DNA of 53,415 nucleotides from Acidiferrobacteraceae bacterium (GTDB lineage Bacteria; Pseudomonadota; Gammaproteobacteria; HyVt-429): NCBI GenBank assembly GCA_011052015.1, contig DRJZ01000142.1, positions 1 to 53,415 of the forward strand, read 5' to 3'. Shown piece by piece: positions 30,036 to 39,741 of this stretch (position 1 is its first letter; each line of letters starts with the position of its first letter). The notes under the pieces were generated by a model. It saw only the letters and a program-made list of their open reading frames with translations, ran no database searches and was not told where the DNA came from. The position numbers and the translations under genes were made by a program.

Positions 30036-30501
30036 GCGCCCGTAGCTCAATCGGATAGAGCAACGGCCTTTAAGTGAAGGAGCCTCCACGGGGAAACACA
30101 ACCTTTGGAGTGGAGGGCACTGTATCGGTGAACCCTTAACGCGTGATGGCGATGGCAATACCGAGGAAACCAGTGGTTGAGAGGGATGATACGTAAGACT
30201 GTATCGCTTGACCGGCAGGGGCCGAAGGAATCGACCGGCGGTGGTAACAGGTTCTCGGCGCAGGTGGTTGTCGAGGACCCGTTTTGGCCGAGTGATGGGT
30301 AGGGCCCTGTTTAATAGGATATCGTTGCTGGGATCCGTAGAGACTATACGTGCCCCGCCTGAGATGGCGAAGATATAGTCCAGACCACAAACATAAGGAA
30401 GGGAAGGGATGGCAGCGACGCCCCACTCTTAATTTGGCAGCGAAAGCTGTAGTGGTATGCTAAGCCGTAGGTTACAGGTTCGATTCCTGTCGGGCGCACC
30501 A
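30036..30501 (+). tRNA. tRNA-Arg(UCU), intron-containing (exon 1 30036-30070, exon 2 30460-30501)
   Basis: Joined exons give a canonical 77-nt tRNA with ACGGC-CT-TCT-AA-GCCGT anticodon arm, GCGCCCG/CGGGCGC acceptor stem, A20 Arg identity element and CCA. Confidence 0.93.
30071..30459 (+). ncRNA. Group I self-splicing intron (389 nt, no homing endonuclease ORF)
   Basis: Follows U, ends in omega-G; P3 GGGCAC(30115-20)/GTGCCC(30350-55); P4 TCGGT/ACCGA; J6/7 CGTAGA; P7 GACTATA(30342-48)/TATAGTC(30374-80); P8 CGCC/GGCG; ACCAC/GTGGT pairing and CAGC-GAAA-GCTG in the P9 domain. Confidence 0.92.
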
Positions 30502-30551
30502 ACTAAAAACAAGGGACGAGATACGAGGGACGAGAGGAAAGATTGATTTTT

Positions 30552-30628
30552 GGTGAGCGTAGCTCAGTTGGTAGAGCCCCGGATTGTGATTCCGGTTGTC
30601 GTGGGTTCGAGCCCCATCGTTCACCCCA
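30552..30628 (+). tRNA. tRNA-His(GUG)
   Basis: Cloverleaf with G-1:C73, anticodon arm CCGGA-TT-GTG-AT-TCCGG, CCA. Confidence 0.97.
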
Positions 30629-30667
30629 GAATAAAGCTCCGAGACTCGTTGCTCGGAGTACGTTTCA

Positions 30668-30743
<76 letters not shown>

Positions 30744-31127
30744 TATTAATCAATGACTTACGCCAACTAAGTTAGTAACCGGAAATCCCTTCGGGACCAT
30801 CTGGGGACATGAGAATCAGTAGATTGCCTGTAATTACTGTTAAATGCCGTATCCTGTTGATTTGAATCATAATAAACTCTCTTTTCCGATACCATAATGA
30901 ATCAAATCGATAATGTGTTCTCAGAGACATGTGGATGGGGTGACCTTGAATAAGCCTGATTAATGCCCATATTTAGTAGTAGATGGTGGCAAATTGTGGC
31001 AAAGACGGGCTATACTGTGATGCATGGCCCCTGTTTTTATACATTGAAGAGGGGCTTTGGTGCGGGTTAAGAAACGTTATCTTGTGCCGATAACCTGTAA
31101 ACCGAGTGAAGTTTTTACCTGAATTAG

Positions 31128-31355
31128 ATGGAGACTGAGATGAACGCGACTGCCGAAAAAGGGGTGATTGTCTTTGACAACCTCGTTAGGCCAACGGAGG
31201 TTGTCGGAGAATTTGATATGGTAAAGGCTAAGAAATCTAAGCCTTTCAAGAACTCGAATGCCGCTGGGGATACCAGGAGAATTAGCTGTCTGGAAGATGT
31301 GGAGAAGTCGGCATTAGAGTCCGGGAATCGCCTGAAACAAGCGTTCGGTTCTTAA
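31128..31355 (+). CDS. Small hypothetical protein (island cargo)
   Basis: 75-aa ORF; GGAG precedes alternative ATG 31140; followed by a strong hairpin. Confidence 0.5.
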   Translation: METEMNATAEKGVIVFDNLVRPTEVVGEFDMVKAKKSKPFKNSNAAGDTRRISCLEDVEKSALESGNRLKQAFGS

Positions 31356-31377
31356 ACCATTACGCAAGTAGCAACAG

Positions 31378-31413
31378 CAAACGCCCGTCTTGTTTCTGCA
31401 AGACGGGCGTTTG
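31378..31413 (+). terminator. Strong intergenic hairpin (terminator/attenuator-like)
   Basis: Perfect 15-bp stem CAAACGCCCGTCTTG / CAAGACGGGCGTTTG with 6-nt loop. Confidence 0.7.
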
Positions 31414-31432
31414 GTTGTTGGAGGGGATGAAA

Positions 31433-31972
31433 ATGTTTAATATTTTGTATAACGAAGACATTGAGATTGATATGGTGAATTTGTTTGTATATATCAACCA
31501 ATTCACCAAGAGTATCGGAGAGACCTCCGTTGTATTAGACCCCTCTAAATGCAGGTTAATCTTGTTAGGTATGAGGCAAGATTTACCACATGTTGACGGC
31601 ATGGATCGTGCGAGCTGCTTCAAGAAAATAGCGAACTTTGTAGTCTATTTCATCGCAGAGAGGCCAATTCAAAACCCATTTTCTGAGAAAAATATAGGGG
31701 GCGACTTGGCAAAGTTGTCAAACCATCAGAATTCAATCATTGCTCTCCAGATCGCCATTGATGGTCTCCATGGGGCTACGATCTATCGAAACGAGAAGGA
31801 GAGCTTGGAAATAAAAACCCGCATTGAATTATCCAAGCATTCCTATGTAGATTTAATCGATTCTTTACAGACTGCGACAGTTCAAACGCATTATAAATTA
31901 CTTACAATCCTATTGGAGCAACTTGTGTATAAGACGAATCCAGATTGTCAGTATCCGGTAATGAGATTATAG
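31433..31972 (+). CDS. Hypothetical protein (island cargo), possibly a divergent Fido/Doc fold
   Basis: GGAGGGG RBS before ATG 31427/31433; helical protein with FKKIAN...ERPI...NSIIA...LHG spacing reminiscent of Doc, but no HPFxDGNxR motif. Confidence 0.65.
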   Translation: MFNILYNEDIEIDMVNLFVYINQFTKSIGETSVVLDPSKCRLILLGMRQDLPHVDGMDRASCFKKIANFVVYFIAERPIQNPFSEKNIGGDLAKLSNHQNSIIALQIAIDGLHGATIYRNEKESLEIKTRIELSKHSYVDLIDSLQTATVQTHYKLLTILLEQLVYKTNPDCQYPVMRL

Positions 31973-32105
31973 ATTGTCAGTGTAAGTGGGAATAGCTTTA
32001 AAACGCTGGGACCATCTGGGGACTAAGACACTATGGAAAAGAGCGAAAAACCACCAAACTCAGGAATGTAAGTTATTGATATTTATCAAAATAGGCCCCT
32101 ATTGC

Positions 32106-32157
<52 letters not shown>

Positions 32158-32249
32158 ATAAATAGGTCTGTAAGGTACGCAGGTCCTTTCGTCTGGCACC
32201 CGCATAGGCTGTTGGTATAGGATAAGCGCAGCCTAATTTTAGTGAGTGA

Positions 32250-32573
32250 TTGTCTATGGCAGAAGGGAGCCTTTGCCCGATACTTGAGTTACGTTGCCAG
32301 GGGAAAGTCTTGGGTCGGTATAGTCTGGAGCCCTTTCACTCTCTGAGTATTGGGCGCGACCCTGGCAATCCCATCGTGGTCAATGACCCGGCGATCAGTC
32401 GTCATCATGCCGAGATTTTCACCTTGTCCACCCAAAGACGTGATGTCGTTATCAAAGACCTTGGGAGTACCAACGGTACTCGGGTCAGGGGACAGCGCAT
32501 TGAGCGCCAGATCCTTGAGATCGGGGATGTGATTCAGCTGGGTAGCCACGAACTCGTGTTGGTCCGCTCTTGA
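32250..32573 (+). CDS. FHA domain protein
   Basis: IGR, ISRHHA, DLGSTNGT.V.G, GDVIQLG; start may be ATG 32256. Confidence 0.88.
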   Translation: MSMAEGSLCPILELRCQGKVLGRYSLEPFHSLSIGRDPGNPIVVNDPAISRHHAEIFTLSTQRRDVVIKDLGSTNGTRVRGQRIERQILEIGDVIQLGSHELVLVRS

Positions 32574-32854
32574 ATTGATGCAGTGCGCCACATCCCTGTC
32601 GCGCCCATGTTAAGTCCAGGGGCTGACCCTCCAGGTCGACCCGTTCGGCGAAAGTCATATTCCAGTCACGAGCCTCTAGCTTCGGTCTATAGTATGCTCG
32701 CGACTCGTCGTTCGCCTCTCGTAGCTATGGCTTGGCCAAGATATGGCATGTGTGTTGCGTGTATAATGGGCCATCTGATGCGGTTCGGCCGACCTCGTGA
32801 GACTGTCTCTTGGTGGAGCGGTTCTGGGTGTAGATGGGCGCAAAGTATAGGCAA

Positions 32855-32939
<85 letters not shown>

Positions 32940-33013
32940 GTTTGGGCCGTCCTGCTGGACGGATCTGGTCTAGAGCCCGGTCAACGTAGAATTGATTATA
33001 CAGAGGTTTATTC

Positions 33014-34333
33014 ATGCAGGTTTTCGTTGAATCCACGGGGGACTTAGAGCGACGGATGACCGTTGCCTTACCCGCGGACCAGTTTGAAAAGGCGATCCTT
33101 GATCGTCTAAAGGGGCTGTCGAAGACAGTCAAAATGCCGGGATTTCGTCCTGGGAAGGTTCCCCTCAAGATGATCGAGGCTCAGTACGGGGGCAAGGTCA
33201 TGGAAGAGGTGGTGGGGGATCTGATCAACTCCAGCTTTCAGCAGGCCATTGGCCAACAGGGGCTGAACCCTGCTGGGGGACCCTCCATTGAACCCAAATC
33301 TTTAGACCGGGGTAAAGACCTGGAGTATGTGGCGGTGTTTGAAATCTATCCCGATGTTAACCCTAAAGATCTTGGGGGTACTAAATTCGAGCGCCCCCTG
33401 TGTGAGATTACCCAAGAAGATATCCATCGTACCCTTGAGCGAATGCAAAAGCAGCGTACCCAATGGGAGCCTGTAGACGACTCTGCCCAAGACGGTCATC
33501 GCCTCAGCATTGATTTTGACGGCAGCCTGGATGGGAAGCCTGTGGACGGCACCAGCGCCAAAGATTTTAAGGTTATCTTGGGGCAGGGCGCATTGGTCAA
33601 GGATCTTGAGGGTCAACTTGTTGGCCTGGGTGTAGGTGATAAGCCTTCCATCAGTGTGGTTTTTCCCGACGATTACCACGACGCGGACCTGGCGGGTAAG
33701 AAAGTGGATTTTGCGATCAGCGTGAATCAGATCGCTGAAGCTAAGTTACCGGCTTTAGATGATGATTTTGCCAAGGTCTTTGGTATCAAAGATGGATCCC
33801 TGGAGACCCTCAAGGCCGAGGTAAAAAACAATCTGGAGCGTGAGGTGCAAGATCGTATCCGGGTATTGATGCGGGACCGGGTCATGTCTGCGGTGGTGGA
33901 CAATAATGACATCAGTGTCCCTAAGCGGTTGGTGGATGAAGAGGCTAGGCGCCTTTTGTCGTCTAACCGGCAGACCCTCAAACAAAATGGGGTCCCGGAA
34001 GACAAGCTGCCATCGGATGAGAGTTTGTATATCGATCAGGCCCAGCGCCGGGTCTTATTGGGCCTGGTACTGTCCGAGATCAGCAAGCGCCAGGGTATGA
34101 AGGCAGATCCGGCCCAGGTTCAGGAGACCCTGGAACGTATGGCCGCCACCTATGAAGACCCAGCCCAGTTTATCCAATGGCACTATGCCGACCCCAAGCG
34201 CTTGGCCGAGGTGGAGGCCGTGGTGATGGAGGATATGTTGGTTGAGCATTTGCTTCAAACTGCCCAGATTGTGGATAAGCCCATTGACTTCAATGAGCTT
34301 ATGTATCCGAAGCAACCGACCGATAATACATAG
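33014..34333 (+). CDS. tig: Trigger factor
   Basis: GFRPGKVP ribosome-binding motif, FKBP domain, synteny with clpPX. Confidence 0.97.
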   Translation: MQVFVESTGDLERRMTVALPADQFEKAILDRLKGLSKTVKMPGFRPGKVPLKMIEAQYGGKVMEEVVGDLINSSFQQAIGQQGLNPAGGPSIEPKSLDRGKDLEYVAVFEIYPDVNPKDLGGTKFERPLCEITQEDIHRTLERMQKQRTQWEPVDDSAQDGHRLSIDFDGSLDGKPVDGTSAKDFKVILGQGALVKDLEGQLVGLGVGDKPSISVVFPDDYHDADLAGKKVDFAISVNQIAEAKLPALDDDFAKVFGIKDGSLETLKAEVKNNLEREVQDRIRVLMRDRVMSAVVDNNDISVPKRLVDEEARRLLSSNRQTLKQNGVPEDKLPSDESLYIDQAQRRVLLGLVLSEISKRQGMKADPAQVQETLERMAATYEDPAQFIQWHYADPKRLAEVEAVVMEDMLVEHLLQTAQIVDKPIDFNELMYPKQPTDNT

Positions 34334-34355
34334 GTAAGGAGAGACGATTAGCGCC

Positions 34356-34997
34356 ATGAAACCTATAAACAACATGATAGATACCCCCTCCGGGGCAACC
34401 CAGACCCAATCTCTGGGCTTGGTGCCCATGGTCATCGAGACCACCGGACGTGGAGAGCGGGCCTATGACATCTATTCCCGGCTGCTCAAGGAACGTGTGG
34501 TCTTCATTGTTGGGCCCATAGAAGATCATATGGCCAATCTGATCGTGGCCCAATTGCTGTTTCTCGAATCTGAGAACCCGGATAAGGATATACACCTTTA
34601 TATCAATTCACCGGGTGGCGCGGTCAATTCGGGATTGGCCATATACGACACCATGCAGTTTGTTAAACCCGATGTGAGTACCGTGTGTATAGGTCAAGCC
34701 GCCAGTATGGGGGCCTTGTTACTCACCGGTGGGGCAGCGGGCAAACGGTTTTGCCTGCCCCATGCCCGGATCATGATTCATCAGCCCCTGGGCAGTTTCC
34801 AGGGTCAGGCCACCGATATCGATATCCATGCCAAGGAGATTTTATTGGTGCGGGAGCGGCTCAATAAGATCATGGCCAAGCACACAGGCCGGGGTCTGGA
34901 CGCCATTCAGCAGGATACGGAGCGGGATAACTTCATGTCTGGGGACGAGGCGGTGGACTTTGGAATATTGGATTCGGTGCTTACAGAGCGTAGCTAG
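34356..34997 (+). CDS. clpP: ATP-dependent Clp protease proteolytic subunit
   Basis: [31 protein letters not shown]. Confidence 0.98.
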   Translation: MKPINNMIDTPSGATQTQSLGLVPMVIETTGRGERAYDIYSRLLKERVVFIVGPIEDHMANLIVAQLLFLESENPDKDIHLYINSPGGAVNSGLAIYDTMQFVKPDVSTVCIGQAASMGALLLTGGAAGKRFCLPHARIMIHQPLGSFQGQATDIDIHAKEILLVRERLNKIMAKHTGRGLDAIQQDTERDNFMSGDEAVDFGILDSVLTERS

Positions 34998-35070
34998 GGC
35001 GCCTCTGGAGGCTTGGAATAAGTTGTGATAGGTTAGCACCGTAGCGAATATGGGTTTTTGAGGTTTAGGT

Positions 35071-36348
35071 ATGAGTGACGACAAGATCGACGGTAAGGGC
35101 GAGAAGCTCCTCTACTGCTCCTTCTGTGGTAAGAGTCAGCACGAGGTTCGCAAGCTGATTGCGGGGCCCTCTGTATTTGTCTGTGACGAATGCGTCGAGT
35201 TGTGCAATGACATCATCCGCGAAGAGGTTCAGGATAGCCCGGAGGCCGGTGATGCCAAGAGCAAATTTCCCAAACCTCACGAGATCAACCAGATCCTGGA
35301 CGAGTACGTAATTGGTCAGAATGAGGCCAAGAGGGTGCTGTCTGTGGCCGTATATAATCACTACAAACGCATTGAGCACGAAGAGAAAGTTGGCGATGTC
35401 GATATCTCCAAGAGCAACATTCTGCTTATTGGCCCTACCGGTTCCGGTAAAACCTTACTCGCCGAAACCTTGGCCAAACAGCTCAATGTACCGTTTACCA
35501 TTGCCGATGCGACGACCCTCACCGAAGCCGGTTATGTGGGTGAGGATGTAGAGAACATCATCCAGAAGTTGTTGCAAAAATGTGACTACGATATTGAAAA
35601 GGCCCAGATTGGCATCGTCTATATTGACGAGATCGACAAGATTTCCCGCAAATCGGACAACCCATCTATCACCCGTGACGTGTCTGGTGAGGGTGTGCAG
35701 CAGGCCTTACTGAAACTTATCGAGGGGACCATTGCCTCGGTGCCACCCCAGGGTGGCCGCAAGCATCCCCAGCAGGAATTCTTGCAGGTGGATACCCGCA
35801 ATATCCTCTTTATTTGTGGGGGCGCCTTTGCTGGATTGGAGAAGATCATACAAGACCGCTCTGAGAAGGGGGGGATTGGTTTTGGTGCCGAGATCCACAG
35901 CAAGTCCGACGATAAACTGGTAGGCGAGATCTTGCTCGGTGTAGAGCCCGAGGACTTGATTAAATATGGACTCATTCCTGAATTTGTGGGCCGTTTGCCG
36001 GTGGTGGCCACCCTGAGAGAGTTGGACGAAGAGTCCCTGGTGCGTATTCTTACCGAACCCCGCAATGCCCTGGTCAAGCAATACCAGAAGTTGTTGAAGT
36101 TTGAGGGCGTCGACCTGGAGATTCGTGAAGATGCCTTACATGCAGTGGCAAAAAAGGCCATGGATCGCAAGACCGGCGCCCGGGGTCTACGCTCCATCAT
36201 TGAACAGGCGTTATTGGACACCATGTATGAGTTGCCTACCCAGAAGGGGGTCAAACAGGTGGTGGTCGATGCCGGTGTGATTCGGGAAGGTACCCAACCC
36301 CTCTATATCTATGAGGAAGAGGATCCGAAATCGGCTTCCTCTAGCTAG
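35071..36348 (+). CDS. clpX: ATP-dependent Clp protease ATP-binding subunit
   Basis: CSFC...CDEC zinc finger, [11 protein letters not shown] loop, GARGLR. Confidence 0.98.
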   Translation: MSDDKIDGKGEKLLYCSFCGKSQHEVRKLIAGPSVFVCDECVELCNDIIREEVQDSPEAGDAKSKFPKPHEINQILDEYVIGQNEAKRVLSVAVYNHYKRIEHEEKVGDVDISKSNILLIGPTGSGKTLLAETLAKQLNVPFTIADATTLTEAGYVGEDVENIIQKLLQKCDYDIEKAQIGIVYIDEIDKISRKSDNPSITRDVSGEGVQQALLKLIEGTIASVPPQGGRKHPQQEFLQVDTRNILFICGGAFAGLEKIIQDRSEKGGIGFGAEIHSKSDDKLVGEILLGVEPEDLIKYGLIPEFVGRLPVVATLRELDEESLVRILTEPRNALVKQYQKLLKFEGVDLEIREDALHAVAKKAMDRKTGARGLRSIIEQALLDTMYELPTQKGVKQVVVDAGVIREGTQPLYIYEEEDPKSASSS

Positions 36349-36447
36349 TAGCCCTTCATAAAGCCCATACATTTTATACCAGATTAGGGTCTGGAATCGG
36401 GTTATGGCCCTGTTCTTGCGTGTCCAATACCCTTAGTGGCCGTCAAG

Positions 36448-36476
36448 CTTGAATTCTGTGTAAAGAGTCCTCATAT
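36448..36476 (+). promoter_or_regulatory. Putative sigma32 promoter of lon
   Basis: CTTGAA-N15-CCTCATAT. Confidence 0.6.
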
Positions 36477-36539
36477 TAATGCGAGTTCCATCGTGTCAGC
36501 ACCATAACAATCACCGAGATTGAGCAACTGTAGAGAAAA

Positions 36540-38978
36540 ATGATGGAAGAGAAAAACGAAGTTGCTGTTACGCCAGCGACCCCGGAAAACGTACTGCCAG
36601 TGTTACCGTTACGCGATGTAGTGGTGTTTCCGCACATGGTTATTCCCCTGTTTGTCGGTAGAAAGAAATCGATTCGTGCTCTGGAGCTGGCTATGGAAGC
36701 TGGTAAGCACATCCTTTTGGTAGCACAAAAGGATGCCGGCGAAGATGATCCCAGCACCGACAGCATTTATGTTGTTGGCACCATCGCAAGCATCTTGCAG
36801 TTATTAAAATTACCAGACGGGACTGTCAAGGTGCTGGTTGAAGGTGAACGCCGGGCCAAGATTAAACGTTATGAAGAAACCGATGAGTGTTTTAGTGCCG
36901 AAATCGCAGAGATTACACCCAGCACAATTTCCGAGATCGAGTCAGAAGCGCTGTTGCGTACCGTGCTTAGCGAATTTGATCAATATGTGAAACTGAATAC
37001 CAAAATCCCACCAGAGATTCTCACCTCATTGGCAGGAATTGATGACCCCGGACGTCTTGCCGATACCATCGGTGCTCACCTCAGTCTTAAGATTGAAGAA
37101 AAGCAGGCGGTGTTAGAGATGGAAGATGTGACCGCACGCCTTGAGCATCTTTTGGGCGTGATGGAGTCGGAGATCGACCTTATGCAGGTGGAAAAGCGAA
37201 TTCGGGGACGCGTCAAAAAACAAATGGAGAAAAGCCAGCGCGAGTATTATCTCAATGAACAAATGAAGGCCATCCAGAAAGAGTTGGGTGATATGGAAGA
37301 CGCGCCAAATGAAATTGAAGAGTTGGCCAAGAAGGTCGAAGAGGCGGGCATGGCCAAAGAGGCCAAAGAAAAGGCCGACGCCGAACTGAAGAAACTCAAG
37401 ATGATGTCTCCCATGTCGGCGGAGGCCACAGTGGTGAGAAACTATATCGATTGGCTCGTGGCTGTACCATGGAAAAAGCGTACTCGGACGCGTAAAGACC
37501 TCGCCGCTGCCGAGGAGATTTTAGAGGAGGACCACTATGGTCTGGAGAAGGTTAAGGAACGCATACTCGAGTACTTGGCTGTTCAACAGCGTGTCAACAA
37601 GATCAAGGGCCCAATCCTTTGTCTCGTCGGACCTCCCGGTGTGGGTAAGACTTCTTTGGGCCAGTCCATCGCCAGAGCGACCAGTAGAAAATTTATCCGC
37701 ATGTCCTTAGGCGGGGTGCGTGACGAGGCCGAGATTCGCGGTCATCGTCGAACCTACATCGGCTCGCTACCGGGCAAGATCGTGCAGAACATGGCCAAAA
37801 CCAAAGTACGCAACCCATTGTTTATGTTGGATGAGGTAGACAAAATGGCCATGGATTTTCGTGGCGACCCATCATCGGCCTTATTGGAGGTCCTGGATCC
37901 TGAGCAGAATCATGCCTTTGTAGATCATTATCTGGAGGTAGACTACGATTTGTCTGAGGTCATGTTTATTGCCACGGCAAATACACTCAATATTCCTGGT
38001 CCGTTGTTAGATCGCATGGAAGTCATTCGCCTTTCGGGTTACACCGAAGATGAGAAGGTCAATATTGCTTTGCGGTATCTCGTTGCCAAGCAGCGTGAGA
38101 ACAACGGCTTAAGTAAAGAGGAAGTCTCGATTTCACGTGCTGCCATTGTCGATATCGTTCGGTACTACACCCGTGAAGCGGGTGTGCGTGGTTTGGAACG
38201 AGAGATCGCCAAAGTCTTTCGGAAGGTAGCCAAAGAATTATTGTTAGAAAAAAATCGTAAGCGCGCCAGCATCGGTCCGAAGCAGGTTGCAAAGTATCTA
38301 GGGGTACGTCGCTATCGTTATGGTCGTGCTGAGGAGAAAAATCAGGTCGGTCAGGTGACGGGTCTTGCTTGGACCGAGGTCGGAGGCGAGTTGTTGACTA
38401 TTGAGGCGGTTATTCTGCCTGGTAAGGGCAAGCATATTTATACCGGTAAGCTCGGTGATGTGATGCAGGAATCGATTCAAGCGGCCATGAGCGTTGTGCG
38501 CAATCGTGCCGAGTCTTTTGGTCTCAAACAGGACTTCTATTCCACTCATGATGTGCACGTACACGTTCCTGAAGGCGCGACACCGAAGGATGGCCCCAGC
38601 GCGGGTGTAGGTATGTGTACGGCTATTTTATCCGCCTTGACCGGGACTTTGGTGCGTGGTGATGTGGCTATGACCGGGGAAATTACATTACGCGGAGAAG
38701 TGTTACCCATCGGTGGCCTGAAAGAGAAGCTCTTGGCAGCCCATCGTGGAGGTATCAAGATCGTGTTGATCCCTGAGGAGAATCGAAAGGACCTGGTGGA
38801 TATCCCGAAGAAAATTAAAGACGAATTGGAAATCCATCCGGTGCGCTGGATCGATCAGGTCCTGGAAATGGCACTGGTGGATATGCCCCATGTGGAGATT
38901 GCGGGGAAGCCAGGGGCCGGCAAGAAGTCTGCAAAGAAGGGCAAAGAGTCAGCTTCGGGTATCGTTACCACCCACTAG
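36540..38978 (+). CDS. lon: Lon protease
   Basis: [26 protein letters not shown] catalytic Ser, GGLKEK. Confidence 0.98.
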   Translation: MMEEKNEVAVTPATPENVLPVLPLRDVVVFPHMVIPLFVGRKKSIRALELAMEAGKHILLVAQKDAGEDDPSTDSIYVVGTIASILQLLKLPDGTVKVLVEGERRAKIKRYEETDECFSAEIAEITPSTISEIESEALLRTVLSEFDQYVKLNTKIPPEILTSLAGIDDPGRLADTIGAHLSLKIEEKQAVLEMEDVTARLEHLLGVMESEIDLMQVEKRIRGRVKKQMEKSQREYYLNEQMKAIQKELGDMEDAPNEIEELAKKVEEAGMAKEAKEKADAELKKLKMMSPMSAEATVVRNYIDWLVAVPWKKRTRTRKDLAAAEEILEEDHYGLEKVKERILEYLAVQQRVNKIKGPILCLVGPPGVGKTSLGQSIARATSRKFIRMSLGGVRDEAEIRGHRRTYIGSLPGKIVQNMAKTKVRNPLFMLDEVDKMAMDFRGDPSSALLEVLDPEQNHAFVDHYLEVDYDLSEVMFIATANTLNIPGPLLDRMEVIRLSGYTEDEKVNIALRYLVAKQRENNGLSKEEVSISRAAIVDIVRYYTREAGVRGLEREIAKVFRKVAKELLLEKNRKRASIGPKQVAKYLGVRRYRYGRAEEKNQVGQVTGLAWTEVGGELLTIEAVILPGKGKHIYTGKLGDVMQESIQAAMSVVRNRAESFGLKQDFYSTHDVHVHVPEGATPKDGPSAGVGMCTAILSALTGTLVRGDVAMTGEITLRGEVLPIGGLKEKLLAAHRGGIKIVLIPEENRKDLVDIPKKIKDELEIHPVRWIDQVLEMALVDMPHVEIAGKPGAGKKSAKKGKESASGIVTTH

Positions 38979-39066
38979 AAATTCTTGCGCACGGTATGCC
39001 CAGATCGGGGAGAGGGGCTGGGGTGCTTCAAATTTGCCTAAAGTGCTTGTATTTAGCGGGTTTTCC

Positions 39067-39096
39067 TTGACATAAGTTTGACCCTGTTGGTATAAG
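39067..39096 (+). promoter_or_regulatory. Putative sigma70 promoter of hupB
   Basis: TTGACA-N18-TATAAG with extended -10 TG. Confidence 0.55.
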
Positions 39097-39205
39097 TTGG
39101 CGGTGGGGCACAACAGTTCTTTTGTTCGCACGCGAAGACGTGACTGGTTCCGCGTTCTGGCCCAACTAATTAAAAATTACACTCACCTAAAGAGAGGAAC
39201 TTATT

Positions 39206-39478
39206 GTGAATAAGGCCGAGTTAATTGACCTCATCGCTGAGTCTGCAGATATTTCAAAATCAGCCGCCACTCAAGCGTTGGATGCCGTCATTAAGGGTGT
39301 TACCACAACACTTCAAAAGGATGAAGCGCTAACTATTGTAGGCTTCGGGACCTTTTCCGTAAGCCACCGTCCTGAACGTACTGGACGTAATCCGCAGACC
39401 GGTGAAGCAATCACTATCAAGGCATCAAATGCACCCAAGTTTAAAGCTGGCAAAGCCCTGAAGGATGCCTTAAACTAG
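39206..39478 (+). CDS. hupB: DNA-binding protein HU-beta
   Basis: [30 protein letters not shown]; position after lon. Confidence 0.95.
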   Translation: MNKAELIDLIAESADISKSAATQALDAVIKGVTTTLQKDEALTIVGFGTFSVSHRPERTGRNPQTGEAITIKASNAPKFKAGKALKDALN

Positions 39479-39488
39479 CGCGCCTTCT

Positions 39489-39564
39489 GGGTGCTTAGCT
39501 CAGCTGGGAGAGCGTCGCCCTTACAAGGCGAATGTCGGGGGTTCGATCCCCTCAGCACCCACCA
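39489..39564 (+). tRNA. tRNA-Val(UAC)
   Basis: Cloverleaf, TCGCC-CT-TAC-AA-GGCGA, CCA. Confidence 0.97.
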
Positions 39565-39570
39565 CCGTCG

Positions 39571-39647
39571 GGAGCGGTAGTTCAGTTGGTTAGAATACCG
39601 GCCTGTCACGCCGGGGGTCGCGGGTTCGAGTCCCGTCCGCTCCGCCA
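39571..39647 (+). tRNA. tRNA-Asp(GUC)
   Basis: Cloverleaf, CCGGC-CT-GTC-AC-GCCGG, GCCA end. Confidence 0.97.
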
Positions 39648-39741
39648 TCGGCCTATAAACATTGGGTCCATTGACGCATTTAAAATCACCCATCTAGAAT
39701 CACTTAAGTTTTGATATAGGCCCGCCCGCCAGGTTTTATAG

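Noticed and set aside
30067-30080. Alternative P1 register CCUUU/GAAGG placing the 5' splice site after U30071
   Set aside because: It would give an 8-nt anticodon loop, or tRNA-Lys(UUU) with an intron ending in C. The A20 identity element, the omega-G rule and the Pro-Arg-His gene order favour the cut after 30070. Only junction sequencing can fully exclude it.
30136-30426. 96-aa minus-strand ORF inside the intron as a homing endonuclease
   Set aside because: Antisense to the intron, with no LAGLIDADG, HNH or GIY-YIG motif
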